The notes: generated by a model from the letters alone, not told the origin. A stretch of DNA of 64,000 bases from Escherichia coli (GCF_024298765.1 NZ_CP101210.1); one strand, 5' to 3'; positions 1 to 16,640 are shown, counted from the first letter of the stretch. Numbers and translations: made by a program.

Positions 1-45
1 TAGCGCGCATTCTATGGAGACATGCGAGTTCATGCAACTAAAAAA
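1..45 (-). promoter_or_regulatory. Probable promoter of the thrU-tyrU-glyT-thrT-tufB operon; the tRNA genes lie outside the window
   Basis: Reverse complement reads TTGCAT (-35, 32-37) and TAGAAT (-10, 9-14) followed by GCGCGCTA, matching the thrU upstream region as I recall it. Transcription would run leftwards out of the window. Confidence 0.4.
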
Positions 46-355
46 TTGCATAATTTGTTTTATTGGTCACATTTTATGCGACGCGATGAAGAAACAGCCG
101 AATGGAGGGCAGATTAGCACACTTTTTCAACATCATTGTGCTCAACAATGCGCTCCTGCTAAACCATAATTCTTTTTATCAGATGGAATATCTGTCACAT
201 TGCTTTTCAACGATAGCTTCCTGGGAGAGATTTTTTCTTATTATTCCTCCCCATCTGGTGTTACCCTCCTGCCCATTAACCCATTCAACAGAACTGTGGC
301 GCGCCATGGCAAATATCGCTTTGCCGATAGAGCTATGACCGCCAGAAACATGCTT

Positions 356-1306
356 ATGAGTATAAAAGAGCAAACGTTAATGACGCCTTACCTACAGTTT
401 GACCGCAACCAGTGGGCAGCTCTGCGTGATTCCGTACCTATGACGTTATCGGAAGATGAGATCGCCCGTCTCAAAGGTATTAATGAAGATCTCTCGTTAG
501 AAGAAGTTGCCGAGATCTATTTACCTCTATCACGTTTGCTGAACTTCTATATAAGCTCGAATCTGCGCCGTCAGGCAGTTCTGGAACAGTTTCTTGGTAC
601 CAACGGGCAACGCATTCCTTACATTATCAGTATTGCTGGTAGTGTCGCGGTGGGGAAAAGTACAACCGCCCGTGTATTGCAGGCGCTATTAAGCCGTTGG
701 CCGGAACATCGTCGTGTTGAACTGATCACTACAGATGGCTTCCTTCACCCTAATCAGGTTCTGAAAGAACGTGGTCTGATGAAGAAGAAAGGCTTCCCGG
801 AATCGTATGATATGCATCGCTTGGTGAAGTTTGTTTCCGATCTCAAATCCGGCGTGCCAAACGTTACAGCACCTGTTTACTCGCATCTTATTTATGATGT
901 GATCCCGGATGGAGATAAAACGGTTGTTCAGCCTGATATTTTAATTCTTGAAGGGTTAAATGTCTTACAGAGCGGGATGGATTATCCACACGATCCACAT
1001 CATGTATTTGTTTCTGATTTTGTCGATTTTTCGATATATGTTGATGCACCGGAAGACTTACTTCAGACGTGGTATATCAACCGTTTCCTGAAATTCCGCG
1101 AAGGGGCTTTTACAGACCCGGATTCCTATTTTCATAACTACGCGAAATTAACTAAAGAAGAAGCGATTAATACTGCCATGACGTTGTGGAAAGAGATCAA
1201 CTGGCTGAACTTAAAGCAAAATATTCTACCTACTCGCGAGCGCGCCAGTTTAATCCTAACGAAAAGTGCTAATCATGCGGTAGAAGAGGTCAGACTACGC
1301 AAATAA
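356..1306 (+). CDS. coaA: Pantothenate kinase (316 aa)
   Basis: ORF 200..1306 contains [20 protein letters not shown]...; P-loop GSVAVGKST. Start moved to the ATG that gives the 316-aa K-12-length protein. Confidence 0.93.
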   Translation: MSIKEQTLMTPYLQFDRNQWAALRDSVPMTLSEDEIARLKGINEDLSLEEVAEIYLPLSRLLNFYISSNLRRQAVLEQFLGTNGQRIPYIISIAGSVAVGKSTTARVLQALLSRWPEHRRVELITTDGFLHPNQVLKERGLMKKKGFPESYDMHRLVKFVSDLKSGVPNVTAPVYSHLIYDVIPDGDKTVVQPDILILEGLNVLQSGMDYPHDPHHVFVSDFVDFSIYVDAPEDLLQTWYINRFLKFREGAFTDPDSYFHNYAKLTKEEAINTAMTLWKEINWLNLKQNILPTRERASLILTKSANHAVEEVRLRK

Positions 1307-1308
1307 TT

Positions 1309-1343
1309 TTCAGGGGAGCTAATGCTCCCCTATCTTATTTTTC
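1309..1343. terminator. Bidirectional intrinsic terminator between convergent coaA and birA
   Basis: Perfect inverted repeat GGGGAGC-TAAT-GCTCCCC (1313-1330) followed by TATCTTATTTTT; also T/A-rich on the opposite strand. Confidence 0.6.
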
Positions 1344-2300
1344 CGCACTACGCAGGGATATTTCACCGCCCATCCAGGGTTTTATTATTCCATCCTGCTC
1401 AAGCAATAAAGCGCCCTGTTTGTCTATTCCACGTGAAATGCCAAATATTTCTTTATCACCAATGATAAGTTTCACTGGGCGATTAATAAAATTATCCAGC
1501 TTTTCCCAGCGCGAAAGATAAGGTGCCAATCCTTCTTGCTCGAAGAGTTCCAGCGCCGCGCGTAATTCACGTATGAGCATGGCCGCCAACGTATTACGAT
1601 CGAGATTGATTCCCGCTTCCTGCAGCGTGATCCACCCTTGATTAACGACACTCTCTTCAACACGACGCATTGCCATGTTGATCCCGGCTCCAATGACTAT
1701 TTGCGCCGCATCGCCGGTTTTGCCAGTTAGCTCCACAAGAATGCCTGCCAGCTTGCGATCCTGCAGATAGAGGTCATTAGGCCATTTAACACGAACTTTA
1801 TCTGCACCCAGCTTGCGTAATACTTCCGCCATCACGATACCGATAACCAGACTTAAACCAATCGCCGCCGCCGGGCCTTGTTCCAGACGCCAGAACATCG
1901 ACAAATATAAGTTTGCGCCAAAAGGCGAAAACCATTTCCGCCCCCGGCGACCACGGCCAGCCTGCTGGTATTCTGCAACACAGGCATCGCCCGATTTAAG
2001 CTCTCCGATACGATCAAGAAGGTACTGATTCGTGGAGTCAATAACGGGCAGCACAGTTACACTACCGCCATCCAGCTGACCCAATATCTGTTCAGCATTA
2101 AGTAACTGGATAGGCTCAGGCAGGCTGTATCCTTTACCCGGAACGGTAAAGACATCAACGCCCCAGTCACGCAGTGTCTGAATGTGTTTATTAATAGCCG
2201 CCCGGCTCATTCCTAACGTTTCACCCAACTGCTCACCAGAGTGAAATTCGCCATTCGCTAACAGCGCGATTAATTTCAGCGGAACGGTATTATCCTTCAT
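1335..2300 (-). CDS. birA: Biotin--[acetyl-CoA-carboxylase] ligase and bio operon repressor (321 aa)
   Basis: ORF of K-12 length; N-terminal HTH ([27 protein letters not shown]...) and GRGRRGRKW biotin-binding loop. Confidence 0.95.
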   Translation of the reverse strand: MKDNTVPLKLIALLANGEFHSGEQLGETLGMSRAAINKHIQTLRDWGVDVFTVPGKGYSLPEPIQLLNAEQILGQLDGGSVTVLPVIDSTNQYLLDRIGELKSGDACVAEYQQAGRGRRGRKWFSPFGANLYLSMFWRLEQGPAAAIGLSLVIGIVMAEVLRKLGADKVRVKWPNDLYLQDRKLAGILVELTGKTGDAAQIVIGAGINMAMRRVEESVVNQGWITLQEAGINLDRNTLAAMLIRELRAALELFEQEGLAPYLSRWEKLDNFINRPVKLIIGDKEIFGISRGIDKQGALLLEQDGIIKPWMGGEISLRSAEK

Positions 2301-3325
2301 GAAATCGTCTCCACTGCGCTAACTTCACCTGATGCACCAATAAAGCGAACTTCAGGCTCAAGCCAGACATTAAATTTTTCACCCACTTTTTGTCTTACAT
2401 GATGTGCCAGTTGCACCACATCTTCGCTTTTTGCATTGTCTTCATTAATGAGGACTAACGCCTGTTGACGGTGCACCGCAGCACCACCCATTTGCATCCC
2501 TTTTAGCTGGCACTGATCGATAAGCCAACCTGCTGCCAGTTTTACTGAACCATCCGCCTGGGGATAATTTGGTGCTGTTGGAAATTGTGCCAGTAATGCT
2601 TTAGCCGTTTCGGCAGATACAACAGGGTTTTTGAAGAAACTACCGGCATTGCCATTCACTTTTGGATCAGGGAGTTTGGTGGTGCGCATATGACACACCG
2701 CATTAAATACTTGCTGTGGCGTTACGGTTGTAGGATCCAGACGAGTTAAGTCACCATACGTTAGTACAGGTTGCCACTCTTTTGGCAGACGCAGACCTAC
2801 GGCTACAATGGCGAAGCGGTCCTGGTATTCATGTTTAAAAATACTGTCGCGATAGCCAAAACGGCACTCTTTGGCAGTTAAGCGCACTAGCTTGCCTGTC
2901 GCCAGTTCAACACAGTCAACATAAGCGCAAACTCGCTGTAATTCTACGCCATAAGCACCAATATTCTGGATAGGTGATGAGCCGACACAACCAGGAATTA
3001 ATGCCAGATTTTCCAGACCAGGCATACCTTCCTGCAAAGTGTATTTTACCAGGCGATGCCAGTTTTCTCCGGCTCCTACATGTAAATACCACGCATCAGG
3101 TTCATCATGAATTTCGATACCTTTAATCCGGTTGATGATCACCGTGCCGCGATAGTCTTCCAGAAAAAGTACATTACTTCCTTCACCCAGAATAAGAACG
3201 GGTTGTCCTTCTGCGGTTGCATGCTGCCAGGCATTGAGTAGTTGTTGTTCGTCTTCGGCACATACAATGTGCTGAGCATTATGATCAATGCCAAATGTGT
3301 TCCAGGGTTTTAAGGAGTGGTTCAT
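2297..3325 (-). CDS. murB: UDP-N-acetylenolpyruvoylglucosamine reductase (342 aa)
   Basis: ORF of expected length ([21 protein letters not shown]...); 4-nt ATGA overlap with birA start. Confidence 0.95.
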   Translation of the reverse strand: MNHSLKPWNTFGIDHNAQHIVCAEDEQQLLNAWQHATAEGQPVLILGEGSNVLFLEDYRGTVIINRIKGIEIHDEPDAWYLHVGAGENWHRLVKYTLQEGMPGLENLALIPGCVGSSPIQNIGAYGVELQRVCAYVDCVELATGKLVRLTAKECRFGYRDSIFKHEYQDRFAIVAVGLRLPKEWQPVLTYGDLTRLDPTTVTPQQVFNAVCHMRTTKLPDPKVNGNAGSFFKNPVVSAETAKALLAQFPTAPNYPQADGSVKLAAGWLIDQCQLKGMQMGGAAVHRQQALVLINEDNAKSEDVVQLAHHVRQKVGEKFNVWLEPEVRFIGASGEVSAVETIS

Positions 3326-3414
3326 AGCTGCTTTCCTGATGCAAAAACGAGGCTAGTTTACCGTATCTGCGGGGGGATGGCTTGTAGATATGATGACAGG
3401 AAGAGTTTGTAGAA

Positions 3415-3450
3415 ACGCAAAAAGGCCCAGTCTTCCGACCGAGCCTTCTG
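3415..3450 (-). terminator. rrnB T1-like terminator hairpin downstream of 5S rRNA
   Basis: Minus-strand transcript reads GGCUCGGUC-GGAA-GACUGGGCC followed by UUUUUG, a near copy of the canonical rrnB T1 stem-loop. Confidence 0.6.
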
Positions 3451-3459
3451 CTTAATTTG

Positions 3460-3579
3460 ATGCCTGGCAGTTCCCTACTCTCGCATGGGGAGACCCCACA
3501 CTACCATCAGCGCTACGGCGTTTCACTTCTGAGTTCGGCATGGGGTCAGGTGGGACCACCGCGCTAAGGCCGCCAGGCA
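3460..3579 (-). rRNA. rrfB: 5S ribosomal RNA
   Basis: 120-nt match to E. coli 5S rRNA (reverse complement ATGCCTGGCAGTTCCCTACTCTCGCATGGGGAGACCCCACACTACCATC...GCCGCCAGGCA), with a couple of single-base variants relative to my remembered sequence. Confidence 0.95.
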
Positions 3580-3677
3580 AATTCTGTTTTATCAACACGT
3601 CTCGTTATGACCTGTCGATTTAATCTGTATCAGGCTGAAAATCTTCTCTCTATCCGCCAAAACACCTTCGGCGTTGT

Positions 3678-6584
<2,907 letters not shown>

Positions 6585-6767
6585 CACAACCCGAAGATGT
6601 TTCACTTCAGAGTTGCGAAAATTTGAGAGACTCACGAACAACTTTCGTTGTTCAGTGTTTCAATTTTCAGCTTGATCCAGATTTTTAAAGAGCAAATATC
6701 TCAAACATCACCCGAAGATGAGTTTTGAGATATTAAGGCAGGTGACTTTCACTCACAAACCAGCAAG

Positions 6768-6843
6768 TGGCGTCCCCTAGGGGATTCGAACCCCTGTTAC
6801 CGCCGTGAAAGGGCGGTGTCCTGGGCCTCTAGACGAAGGGGAC
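6768..6843 (-). tRNA. gltT: tRNA-Glu (anticodon UUC) in the 16S-23S spacer
   Basis: Reverse complement is GTCCCCTTCGTCTAGAGGCCCAGGACACCGCCCTTTCACGGCGGTAACAGGGGTTCGAATCCCCTAGGGGACGCCA, 76 nt with encoded CCA. Confidence 0.95.
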
Positions 6844-6928
6844 GTATCAGTCTGCTTCGCAAGACGCCTTGCTTTTCACTTTCTATCAGACAATCTGTGT
6901 GAGCACTGCAAAGAACGCTTCTTTAAGG

Positions 6929-8470
<1,542 letters not shown>

Positions 8471-8830
8471 AAAAGTTTGATGCTCAAAGAATTAAACTTC
8501 GTAATGAATTACGTGTTCACTCTTGAGACTTGGTATTCATTTTTCGTCTTGCGACGTTAAGAATCCGTATCTTCGAGTGCCCACACAGATTGTCTGATAA
8601 ATTGTTAAAGAGCAGTGCCGCTTCGCTTTTTCTCAGCGGCGCGGGGTGTGCATGATACACTTTCCCGCTACAGAGTCAAGCATTTATTTTTGCTTTCTCT
8701 GCCGGAATTCTCAGGAGAACCCCGCTGACCCGGCGGCGTGTTTGCCGTTGTTCCGTGTCAGTGGTGGCGCATTATAGGGAGTTATTCCGGCCTGACAAGA
8801 GGAAATTTAAAATAATTTTCTGACCGCGCA
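8471..8830 (-). promoter_or_regulatory. rrnB leader (boxA antiterminator) with tandem P2 and P1 promoters and UP element
   Basis: Minus strand: P1 has UP element AAAATTATTTTAAATTTCCTC, -35 TTGTCA (8793-8798) and -10 TATAAT (8771-8776). P2 has -35 TTGACT (8674-8679) and -10 TATCAT. boxA TGCTCTTTAACAA lies at 8603-8615. Confidence 0.8.
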
Positions 8831-8843
8831 ACATTCAACCAAA

Positions 8844-9701
8844 TCAGTCTAAAACTGCCAGTTTTTCGAGCGTTTCGAAGCCGTAACGCTGTAAAACGGG
8901 CAATAATTGTTCAGCTTCTGGCGTCATTGCCATACAAAAGGCAATATTCGCATCGGCAGATTTTGCATCCGGGGCTTCATGTTCTAACAGCCAGGCCGTT
9001 CGGCGAGCAATCGCTGCGCCAGAATCCACCAGCCGGGTTCCCTCTGGCAGCACCTGTAACAGTTCTTCTTGTAGTAGAGGGAAATGGGTACACCCCAGTA
9101 CAACGGTATCTGGCGGCTCTTTCATTCTTAACCACGGACGCAAGATACGTTTTAGCGCATCCAGAGAAACATCTTCGCCATGCAGCTTCGCTTCAGCCAA
9201 CTCGACCATCTCTGCCGAGCCCAGCATTTCTATCTGGCATTCATTAGCGAAACGCGCGATCAGCTCATGAGTATAAGAACGTTTAACAGTTCCGCGGGTT
9301 GCCAGTAATCCGACAATGCCATTTGCCGTCAGACGTGCAGCAGGTTTAATCGCCGGCACGACACCAACAACCGGGAAGTCGAACTTTTCGCGTAATGCAG
9401 GAAGTGAAACGGTACTGGCGGTGTTGCAAGCGACCACAGCCAGCGCAAGGGGATAACGTTCTTGCACTGCGGTGACAATTGCCACCACTCGCTCAACAAT
9501 AAACTCTTCGCTTTTTTCGCCATACGGGAAAGCGACGTTATCGAAAGCATAAATGTAATGGAGATCCGGTAAGAGATGCCGGATCTCGTCATAGACCGAC
9601 AACCCACCGACGCCGGAGTCAAACACCAGCACGGTGGGACGTGGTTCAGAAGGTGTAGCTGCCAGACAAGGTGTATTCCCGTCCTGCAGTTTGGTAGCCA
9701 T
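8844..9701 (-). CDS. murI: Glutamate racemase (285 aa)
   Basis: ORF contains [37 protein letters not shown]...; start set at MATKLQ. Start overlaps the btuB 3' end by 56 bp. Confidence 0.92.
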   Translation of the reverse strand: MATKLQDGNTPCLAATPSEPRPTVLVFDSGVGGLSVYDEIRHLLPDLHYIYAFDNVAFPYGEKSEEFIVERVVAIVTAVQERYPLALAVVACNTASTVSLPALREKFDFPVVGVVPAIKPAARLTANGIVGLLATRGTVKRSYTHELIARFANECQIEMLGSAEMVELAEAKLHGEDVSLDALKRILRPWLRMKEPPDTVVLGCTHFPLLQEELLQVLPEGTRLVDSGAAIARRTAWLLEHEAPDAKSADANIAFCMAMTPEAEQLLPVLQRYGFETLEKLAVLD

Positions 9702-11490
9702 AGACTGTCTCATAATCTTTGTCGAACAGGTTGGCTATTTTACCACGAACTGTCAGATGAGAGGTGACCGGATACGCAACCGCAAGATCCCACAAGCTCA
9801 CACCGCCCATTTTGACTGACTTATAGGGCCAGGATGAGTAATCCGAATCGTATCGCGATCCCAGATATTGATAAGTTACACCCCAGTCAAAATCGAACAC
9901 TTGCCAGTCGAGCTGATACTTTACTTGCTGTTTAGGACGACGTTCTAACGGTTTGTCAGTTAAGGCATTTCTGGCATCCGTATAATCGTAGCTAACGGTA
10001 TGCACCAGCGGTCCAGTCTCGAAGTTTGCTGTAGATTCAATACCCTTAATATGCACCTTTGCGTCGTTATAATATCTTTCGCAGTTTTGGGTACAATTAA
10101 TCATATCACTGATATCATTACGGTATCCTGAAATTCGCCAGTTCACTCCTGCTGTTAAGCCTTCAAACGCCCCTTCCCACTGTTTGCTTTTTTCTGGATC
10201 GAGATTCGGATTACCTTTGTAACCATATAACTGACCGAGATTTGGCGCTTTAAATGCAGTTCCATAGGAAGCGATAAAGCGATAGCCTTCAATAAACTCC
10301 CATCCCACACTGGATTGCCATGTTGTGTGGCGATCAAATTGCGAGTTGTCGTCATTACGCACCGCGCCTTCTAACGTAAAATCGCCAACTTTTTGTAATC
10401 CAGTCAGATAAATCCCCGTGTTACGCTGATCGTAACCTTTTGGCAAATATCCAGTTCCAGGAGTAGTGGATTGTTTTTGCCAGTCGATACCAGCTCCAAC
10501 ATCACCGTGACCGACTGTGACGCTATTTGTCCACTGGAGATTGTATTGTTTCATCTCATCCAGGTTAGCTGATGCGTCATAGCGTCCATAATGTGGATCG
10601 TAGTTGTAATCTTTACTATGGCTATAACTGGAAACAAGTTGAGATTGCAGTGTTTCGCCAGCGTAGCGAAGACCCGCATCCCAGCTTTGACTATAAAGTT
10701 TTCGTGTATCAATCAGCGGAGAACCAGGAGAGTACCAGGCGTCATATTTAGTTCGGTTATCATAGCCGTAGCCACGAACAAATCCGCTCCACGTATCAGA
10801 GAAGTTATGTTCAAGTTTGCCGTAGAGTGTTTTACTTAAAAAACCGTCTCTGTCTGACTGTGGCTGCATCCCAGTGTTGCCATAGGCAACGACATCAAAT
10901 CCCCTGGTATAGGCATAATCACCAAGAAGTGTTACTTGAGTATTTTCACCAATTTGTTGCTGAGTGGAAATATCGTAATTTTGATAACTATTACTTCCCC
11001 ATCCGGCTGAAATTTCAGTGCCAGTATTCTCACGGGAGGTAATAATATTTATCACACCGCCAATGGCATCTGAGCCATAAATCGCTGAACGTGGCCCACG
11101 GATATATTCGATACGCTGCACCAAAGCGATCGGAAACTGGCTCAGGTCAGCCGATCCGCTAACACCTGCTAAATTCAGACGTACACCATCAATTAAAACC
11201 AGTGCATGGTTAGAGTTCGTGCCTCGAATAAAAATAGTTGAGAGCTGACCTTCTCCTCCATTTTGTGCAATTGCCACACCAGGCAAACGGCGGAGAACAT
11301 CATTTACAGAGGAAACTTGCCATCGTTCAATATCCTCACGTGTCACGACAGTGACAGGAGCAAGCACGGCACTTAATGGTTCCTGAAAACGGTTAGCAGT
11401 AACAACGAGAGTATCCGGGCTGGTATCCTGTGCCCAAGCAGAAAAAGCTGTGACAGAACACGCCGTCAGCAGCGAAGCTTTTTTAATCAT
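9646..11490 (-). CDS. btuB: TonB-dependent vitamin B12 / colicin E / phage BF23 outer-membrane receptor (614 aa); a diverged allele
   Basis: ORF 9646..11535 contains [35 protein letters not shown]... (signal peptide, TonB box DTLVVTA) and the C-terminal beta-barrel ending SGSYTF. Start set at MIKKAS (ATG 11488-11490). Confidence 0.93.
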   Translation of the reverse strand: MIKKASLLTACSVTAFSAWAQDTSPDTLVVTANRFQEPLSAVLAPVTVVTREDIERWQVSSVNDVLRRLPGVAIAQNGGEGQLSTIFIRGTNSNHALVLIDGVRLNLAGVSGSADLSQFPIALVQRIEYIRGPRSAIYGSDAIGGVINIITSRENTGTEISAGWGSNSYQNYDISTQQQIGENTQVTLLGDYAYTRGFDVVAYGNTGMQPQSDRDGFLSKTLYGKLEHNFSDTWSGFVRGYGYDNRTKYDAWYSPGSPLIDTRKLYSQSWDAGLRYAGETLQSQLVSSYSHSKDYNYDPHYGRYDASANLDEMKQYNLQWTNSVTVGHGDVGAGIDWQKQSTTPGTGYLPKGYDQRNTGIYLTGLQKVGDFTLEGAVRNDDNSQFDRHTTWQSSVGWEFIEGYRFIASYGTAFKAPNLGQLYGYKGNPNLDPEKSKQWEGAFEGLTAGVNWRISGYRNDISDMINCTQNCERYYNDAKVHIKGIESTANFETGPLVHTVSYDYTDARNALTDKPLERRPKQQVKYQLDWQVFDFDWGVTYQYLGSRYDSDYSSWPYKSVKMGGVSLWDLAVAYPVTSHLTVRGKIANLFDKDYETVYGYQTAGREYTLSGSYTF

Positions 11491-11731
11491 TGTAAAGCAT
11501 CCACAATAGAAGAAGGATGCCGCAGGTTTCATCAATATTACGCGATGATGAGAACCAGATGCGACGTTAGCCGGCAGGTCTTCGGGCTTGGAGGGGTATC
11601 TAAGATACTAAGAGATGATGACTTCCCACCGGATGGCAGTGTCCGCATAACGCAATCATCGCACCTTTCCTTACCGCTGCGCGTCAGCTCCAGATTCGCA
11701 CTGGATTCCCTATTAACTCACAGGACCGGCA
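11491..11731 (-). ncRNA. Adenosylcobalamin riboswitch (btuB 5' leader)
   Basis: Minus-strand sequence GCCGGTCCTGTGAGTTAATAGGGAATCCAGTGCGAATCTGGAGCTGACGCGCAGCGGTAAGGAAAGGTGCGATGATTGCGTTATGCGGACACTGCCATCCGGTGGGAAGTCATC... matches the well-studied btuB leader. The 5' end is approximate. Confidence 0.85.
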
Positions 11732-11858
11732 AGTGGATGCTACAGGTTGTAACAAGTTACTGTCCAGACGTAGCTCACAAATAGGAATTCATCAAGATCT
11801 GGACATCTGATGAGCAATCCCTACAATCGCCGCGTACTTTAATTTTTCAGGATACATC

Positions 11859-12959
11859 ATGACCCCCGAACACCTTCCAACAGAACAGTATGAAGCGCAG
11901 TTAGCCGAAAAAGTGGTACGTTTGCAAAGTATGATGGCACCGTTTTCTGACCTGGTTCCGGAAGTGTTTCGCTCGCCGGTCAGTCATTATCGGATGCGTG
12001 CGGAGTTCCGCATCTGGCACGATGGCGATGACCTGTACCACATCATTTTCGATCAACAAACCAAAAGTCGTATCCGTGTGGATAGCTTCCCCGCCGCCAG
12101 TGAACTTATCAACCAGTTGATGACGGCGATGATTGCGGGTGTGCGTAATAATCCCATTCTGCGCCACAAGTTGTTCCAGATTGATTACCTCACTACGCTA
12201 AGCAATCAAGCGGTTGTTTCCTTGCTGTACCATAAAAAGCTGGATGATGAGTGGCGTCAGCAGGCGGAAGCCCTGCGCGATGCACTGCGCGCGCAGAATC
12301 TGAATGTGCATCTGATTGGTCGGGCAACGAAAACCAAAATCGAGCTGGACCAGGATTACATCGATGAACGTCTGCCGGTCGCAGGGAAAGAGATGATCTA
12401 CCGTCAGGTAGAAAACAGCTTTACCCAGCCGAACGCGGCGATGAATATTCAGATGCTGGAATGGGCGCTGGACGTAACCAAAGGCTCAAAAGGCGATTTG
12501 CTGGAGCTGTACTGCGGCAACGGTAACTTTTCATTAGCACTGGCGCGCAATTTTGATCGGGTATTAGCCACCGAAATCGCTAAGCCGTCGGTCGCTGCCG
12601 CGCAATACAACATTGCCGCTAACCATATTGATAACGTACAAATTATTCGTATGGCGGCAGAAGAATTTACTCAGGCGATGAATGGCGTACGCGAGTTTAA
12701 CCGCCTGCAAGGAATCGACTTAAAGAGTTATCAGTGCGAAACCATTTTTGTCGACCCACCGCGCAGCGGTCTGGACAGTGAAACCGAGAAAATGGTGCAG
12801 GCGTATCCACGTATTCTGTATATCTCCTGCAATCCGGAAACGTTATGCAAGAATCTGGAAACATTAAGCCAGACGCACAAGGTCGAACGTCTGGCTCTGT
12901 TTGATCAGTTCCCCTACACGCACCATATGGAGTGCGGCGTATTACTGACCGCGAAGTAA
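11859..12959 (+). CDS. trmA: tRNA (uracil54-C5)-methyltransferase (366 aa)
   Basis: Full-length [26 protein letters not shown]...; SAM-dependent methyltransferase motifs ([15 protein letters not shown]; catalytic Cys in YISCNPETL). Confidence 0.95.
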   Translation: MTPEHLPTEQYEAQLAEKVVRLQSMMAPFSDLVPEVFRSPVSHYRMRAEFRIWHDGDDLYHIIFDQQTKSRIRVDSFPAASELINQLMTAMIAGVRNNPILRHKLFQIDYLTTLSNQAVVSLLYHKKLDDEWRQQAEALRDALRAQNLNVHLIGRATKTKIELDQDYIDERLPVAGKEMIYRQVENSFTQPNAAMNIQMLEWALDVTKGSKGDLLELYCGNGNFSLALARNFDRVLATEIAKPSVAAAQYNIAANHIDNVQIIRMAAEEFTQAMNGVREFNRLQGIDLKSYQCETIFVDPPRSGLDSETEKMVQAYPRILYISCNPETLCKNLETLSQTHKVERLALFDQFPYTHHMECGVLLTAK

Positions 12960-12998
12960 AACCCATGCCGGATGCACCAGCATCCGGCATGATACCGA

Positions 12999-13358
12999 TT
13001 ACTCAGCAACTTCCTGCTTACGGTTACGCATCTTCGCGCCAATCCAGAACACCATAATGACGGAGAGTACTGCCGGGAAGAAGTTAGAGCCGATATCCGG
13101 ATATTCCGCACGAACTACCGTGCTGTACAGCAGTACGCCGAGAATAAAACAGGCAGCTGCCAGACCCGGCAAGCCTACCGGCATGGTGCGATTAAGATAA
13201 CGTTGATGCAGGCAGTAAACCGTCAGCAACAGGGAAATAATCGGGAATACAGAAAATGGCACAATGGAGCTAAACAGCGCTGCGAAAGTACCATTAATCG
13301 ATAAGCCAGCAACCAACGCCAGCAGCAGCGTACCTCTATCTTGATTTGCTTGTTTCAT
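12999..13358 (-). CDS. yijD: Small inner-membrane protein YijD (119 aa)
   Basis: Hydrophobic 119-aa ORF directly downstream of fabR; fabR stop and yijD start overlap in TAATG. Confidence 0.85.
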   Translation of the reverse strand: MKQANQDRGTLLLALVAGLSINGTFAALFSSIVPFSVFPIISLLLTVYCLHQRYLNRTMPVGLPGLAAACFILGVLLYSTVVRAEYPDIGSNFFPAVLSVIMVFWIGAKMRNRKQEVAE

Positions 13359-14005
13359 TACTCGTCCTTCACATTTCCCGGAATAATTGCGGTTTTCTCT
13401 TGTTCACGGCGATACCAGTAATAAGCCCCTTTAGAAATCATTCGCAGTTGCAGTACCAGTCGCTCTTCTAATTGCCGACGTTGTTCGACGCCGACATCCA
13501 ACGCCTCGGCCCCCGCACTGAAGACAATCGTCACCATTGCTTCGGCTTGCGCTTCAGTAAACGCACGCGGCATATGGTTTTCGAGTTCCAGATAGTCCGC
13601 AAGTTCCGCAATGAAGTGCTGAATTTCACGCGCAACGGCGGCACGAAACGCAGCGGAGGTGCCGGAGCGTTCCCGCAATAATAACCGGAAGGCGTTAGGA
13701 TTATTACCGATGAACTCCATAAATGTGGAGACCGAGGTGCGGATCACACTCCCGCCTTTGGCGATACGCTGACGCGCCTGACGCATGAGTTGGCGTAGCA
13801 TTAAACCGCTCTCATCAACCATGGTCAGACCCAGTTCGTCTACGTCGCGGAAATGCCGATAAAAAGAGGTGGGAGCAATGCCCGCTTCACGCGCCACTTC
13901 ACGCAAACTCAGGCTGGCGAAGCTGCGTTCAGCACTTAATTGGCTAAATGCGGCTTCCACCAGCGAACGGCGGGTTTTTTCTTTTTGTTGCGCTCTTACG
14001 CCCAT
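13358..14005 (-). CDS. fabR: TetR-family repressor of unsaturated fatty-acid biosynthesis (about 215 aa)
   Basis: ORF 13358..14101; start set at [20 protein letters not shown]... (TetR HTH: [20 protein letters not shown]). The 32-codon upstream extension in the ORF track is not supported. Confidence 0.85.
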
Positions 14006-14339
14006 CACGATGTCTGAATCCTTGCCAAAAGTACTGCTGGCACTATACCAGAGAATGAACATACTGGATTGCTCCAGTATTGTGAATGAACGGTAACGCA
14101 ATAAAACATATTTACTGCAATTCTTTGGCCGGTTCTTTTACGTACAACGGAAACCTGCCGCTTAAACGGAGAGTATCGTCGATAAAAATCCAATAAAACG
14201 TTCAGGTCAAAAGTAAGAAACAGACAAAGCAAAGGCCGCTCACGATATAGCCAGATAAATGACGGGGATCAATTGGCTTACCCGCGATAAAATGTTATCA
14301 TTCTGTTGCTTTTATGTATAAGAACAGGTAAGCCCTACC

Positions 14340-15740
14340 ATGCCACATTCCTACGATTACGATGCCATAGTAATAGGTTCCGGCCCCGGCGGCGAAGGCG
14401 CTGCAATGGGCCTGGTTAAGCAAGGTGCGCGCGTCGCAGTTATCGAGCGTTATCAAAATGTTGGCGGCGGTTGCACCCACTGGGGCACCATCCCGTCGAA
14501 AGCTCTCCGTCACGCCGTCAGCCGCATTATAGAATTTAATCAAAACCCACTTTACAGCGACCATTCGCGACTGCTCCGCTCTTCTTTTGCCGATATCCTT
14601 AACCATGCCGATAACGTGATTAATCAACAAACGCGCATGCGTCAGGGATTTTACGAACGTAATCACTGTGAAATATTGCAGGGGAACGCTCGCTTTGTTG
14701 ACGAGCACACGCTGGCGCTGGATTGCCCGGACGGCAGCGTCGAGACACTAACCGCTGAAAAATTTGTTATTGCTTGCGGCTCTCGTCCATATCATCCAAC
14801 AGATGTTGATTTCACGCATCCACGCATTTACGACAGCGACTCAATTCTTAGCATGCACCACGAACCGCGCCATGTACTTATCTATGGTGCTGGAGTGATC
14901 GGCTGTGAATATGCGTCGATCTTCCGCGGTATGGATGTAAAAGTGGATCTGATCAACACCCGCGATCGCCTGCTGGCATTTCTCGATCAAGAGATGTCAG
15001 ATTCTCTCTCCTATCACTTCTGGAACAGTGGCGTAGTGATTCGTCACAACGAAGAGTACGAGAAGATCGAAGGCTGTGACGACGGTGTGATCATGCATTT
15101 GAAGTCGGGTAAAAAACTGAAAGCTGACTGCCTGCTCTATGCCAACGGTCGCACCGGTAATACCGATTCGCTGGCGTTACAGAACATTGGGCTGGAAACT
15201 GACAGCCGCGGACAGCTGAAGGTCAACAGCATGTATCAGACCGCACAGCCGCACGTTTACGCGGTGGGCGACGTGATTGGTTATCCGAGCCTGGCGTCGG
15301 CGGCCTATGACCAGGGGCGCATTGCCGCGCAGGCGCTGGTGAAAGGTGAAGCCACCGCACATCTGATTGAAGATATCCCTACCGGTATTTACACCATCCC
15401 GGAAATCAGCTCTGTGGGCAAAACCGAACAGCAGCTGACCGCGATGAAAGTGCCATATGAAGTGGGCCGCGCCCAGTTTAAACATCTGGCACGTGCACAA
15501 ATCGTCGGCATGAACGTGGGCACGCTGAAAATTTTGTTCCATCGGGAAACAAAAGAGATTCTGGGTATTCACTGCTTTGGCGAGCGCGCTGCCGAAATTA
15601 TTCATATCGGTCAGGCGATTATGGAACAGAAAGGTGGCGGCAACACTATTGAGTACTTCGTCAACACCACCTTTAACTACCCGACGATGGCGGAAGCCTA
15701 TCGGGTAGCTGCGCTAAATGGCTTAAACCGCCTGTTTTAA
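14340..15740 (+). CDS. sthA: Soluble pyridine nucleotide transhydrogenase (466 aa)
   Basis: Full-length ORF with FAD-binding GSGPGG motif ([24 protein letters not shown]...); 3' end overlaps the convergent oxyR 3' end by 18 bp. Confidence 0.95.
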
Positions 15741-16640
15741 CACTTTATCGAAATGGCCATCCATTCTTGCGCGGATGGCCTCTGCCAGCTGCTCATAGCG
15801 GCTGCGCAGCGGTGAGCCAGGACGATAAACCAGACCAATGGTACGGCGTGGTTCCGGCTTAATACACGGCAAATAAACAACCCCATCGCGTTTGCGCTCC
15901 GGCGGCACAGCCAGCGCAGGCAGTAAAGTGATCCCGCTACCTGCCGCCACCATGTTGCGCAGAGTTTCCAGGCTGGTCGCGCGGAAGTGTGTATCTTCAT
16001 CCGCCCCGGCTTCAAAACAGAAACCCATTGCCTGATCGCGCAAACAGTGACCGTCTTCCAGCATCAGCAGTTTTTCCCCTGCCAGATCGGCCATCGGTAC
16101 GCATTCGCGGTTCGCCCACGGATGGTCTTCATAGATAGCCAGCAACATTGGCTCATCAAACAACGGCACTTCAATGAATGCTTCGCTCTCTTTCACCAGC
16201 GCGAGGATCACGCAATCGAGTTTGCCGCTGTCCAGTTGCGCCAGTAACTGGTGGGTCTGTGCTTCATGCAGATACATTTCCAGCTTTGGAAAGGTCTGGT
16301 GCAGCATCGGGATAATATGCGGTAGCAGGTACGGTCCAACCGTGGGAATCAGACCAATATGCAGCGGTCCGGACATCGTCTCGCCCTGCTGGCTTGCCAT
16401 CTCTTTAAGGACTTTCACCTCACGCAGCACGGTACGCGCCTGATCCACCAGCAGCATTCCCGCCTGGGTGAATAACACTTTACGGCTGGTCCGCTCCAGC
16501 AACATCACACCCAACTCATCTTCCAGCTTACGAATTTGCCCGCTAAGCGTCGGCTGGCTAACGTGGCAGGAATCTGCCGCACGCCGAAAATGGCGGTGTT
16601 CGGCCAATGCCACCAGGTACTCAAGATCACGAATATTCAT
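15723..16640 (-). CDS. oxyR: LysR-family oxidative-stress regulator (305 aa)
   Basis: ORF 15723..16685; start set at [40 protein letters not shown]. Redox cysteines present (GHCLRDQA for Cys199; [10 protein letters not shown] for Cys208). Confidence 0.93.
   Translation of the reverse strand: MNIRDLEYLVALAEHRHFRRAADSCHVSQPTLSGQIRKLEDELGVMLLERTSRKVLFTQAGMLLVDQARTVLREVKVLKEMASQQGETMSGPLHIGLIPTVGPYLLPHIIPMLHQTFPKLEMYLHEAQTHQLLAQLDSGKLDCVILALVKESEAFIEVPLFDEPMLLAIYEDHPWANRECVPMADLAGEKLLMLEDGHCLRDQAMGFCFEAGADEDTHFRATSLETLRNMVAAGSGITLLPALAVPPERKRDGVVYLPCIKPEPRRTIGLVYRPGSPLRSRYEQLAEAIRARMDGHFDKVLKQAV

Noticed and set aside
200-355. N-terminal extensions of ORF-track entries (coaA, btuB, fabR, oxyR, argE, argB, eptC, frwD, pflC, gldA, yijE, katG, metB, metJ, priA, dehydratase)
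   Set aside because: The ORF track runs to the furthest in-frame start. Internal starts matching the remembered mature proteins and local RBSs were used instead.
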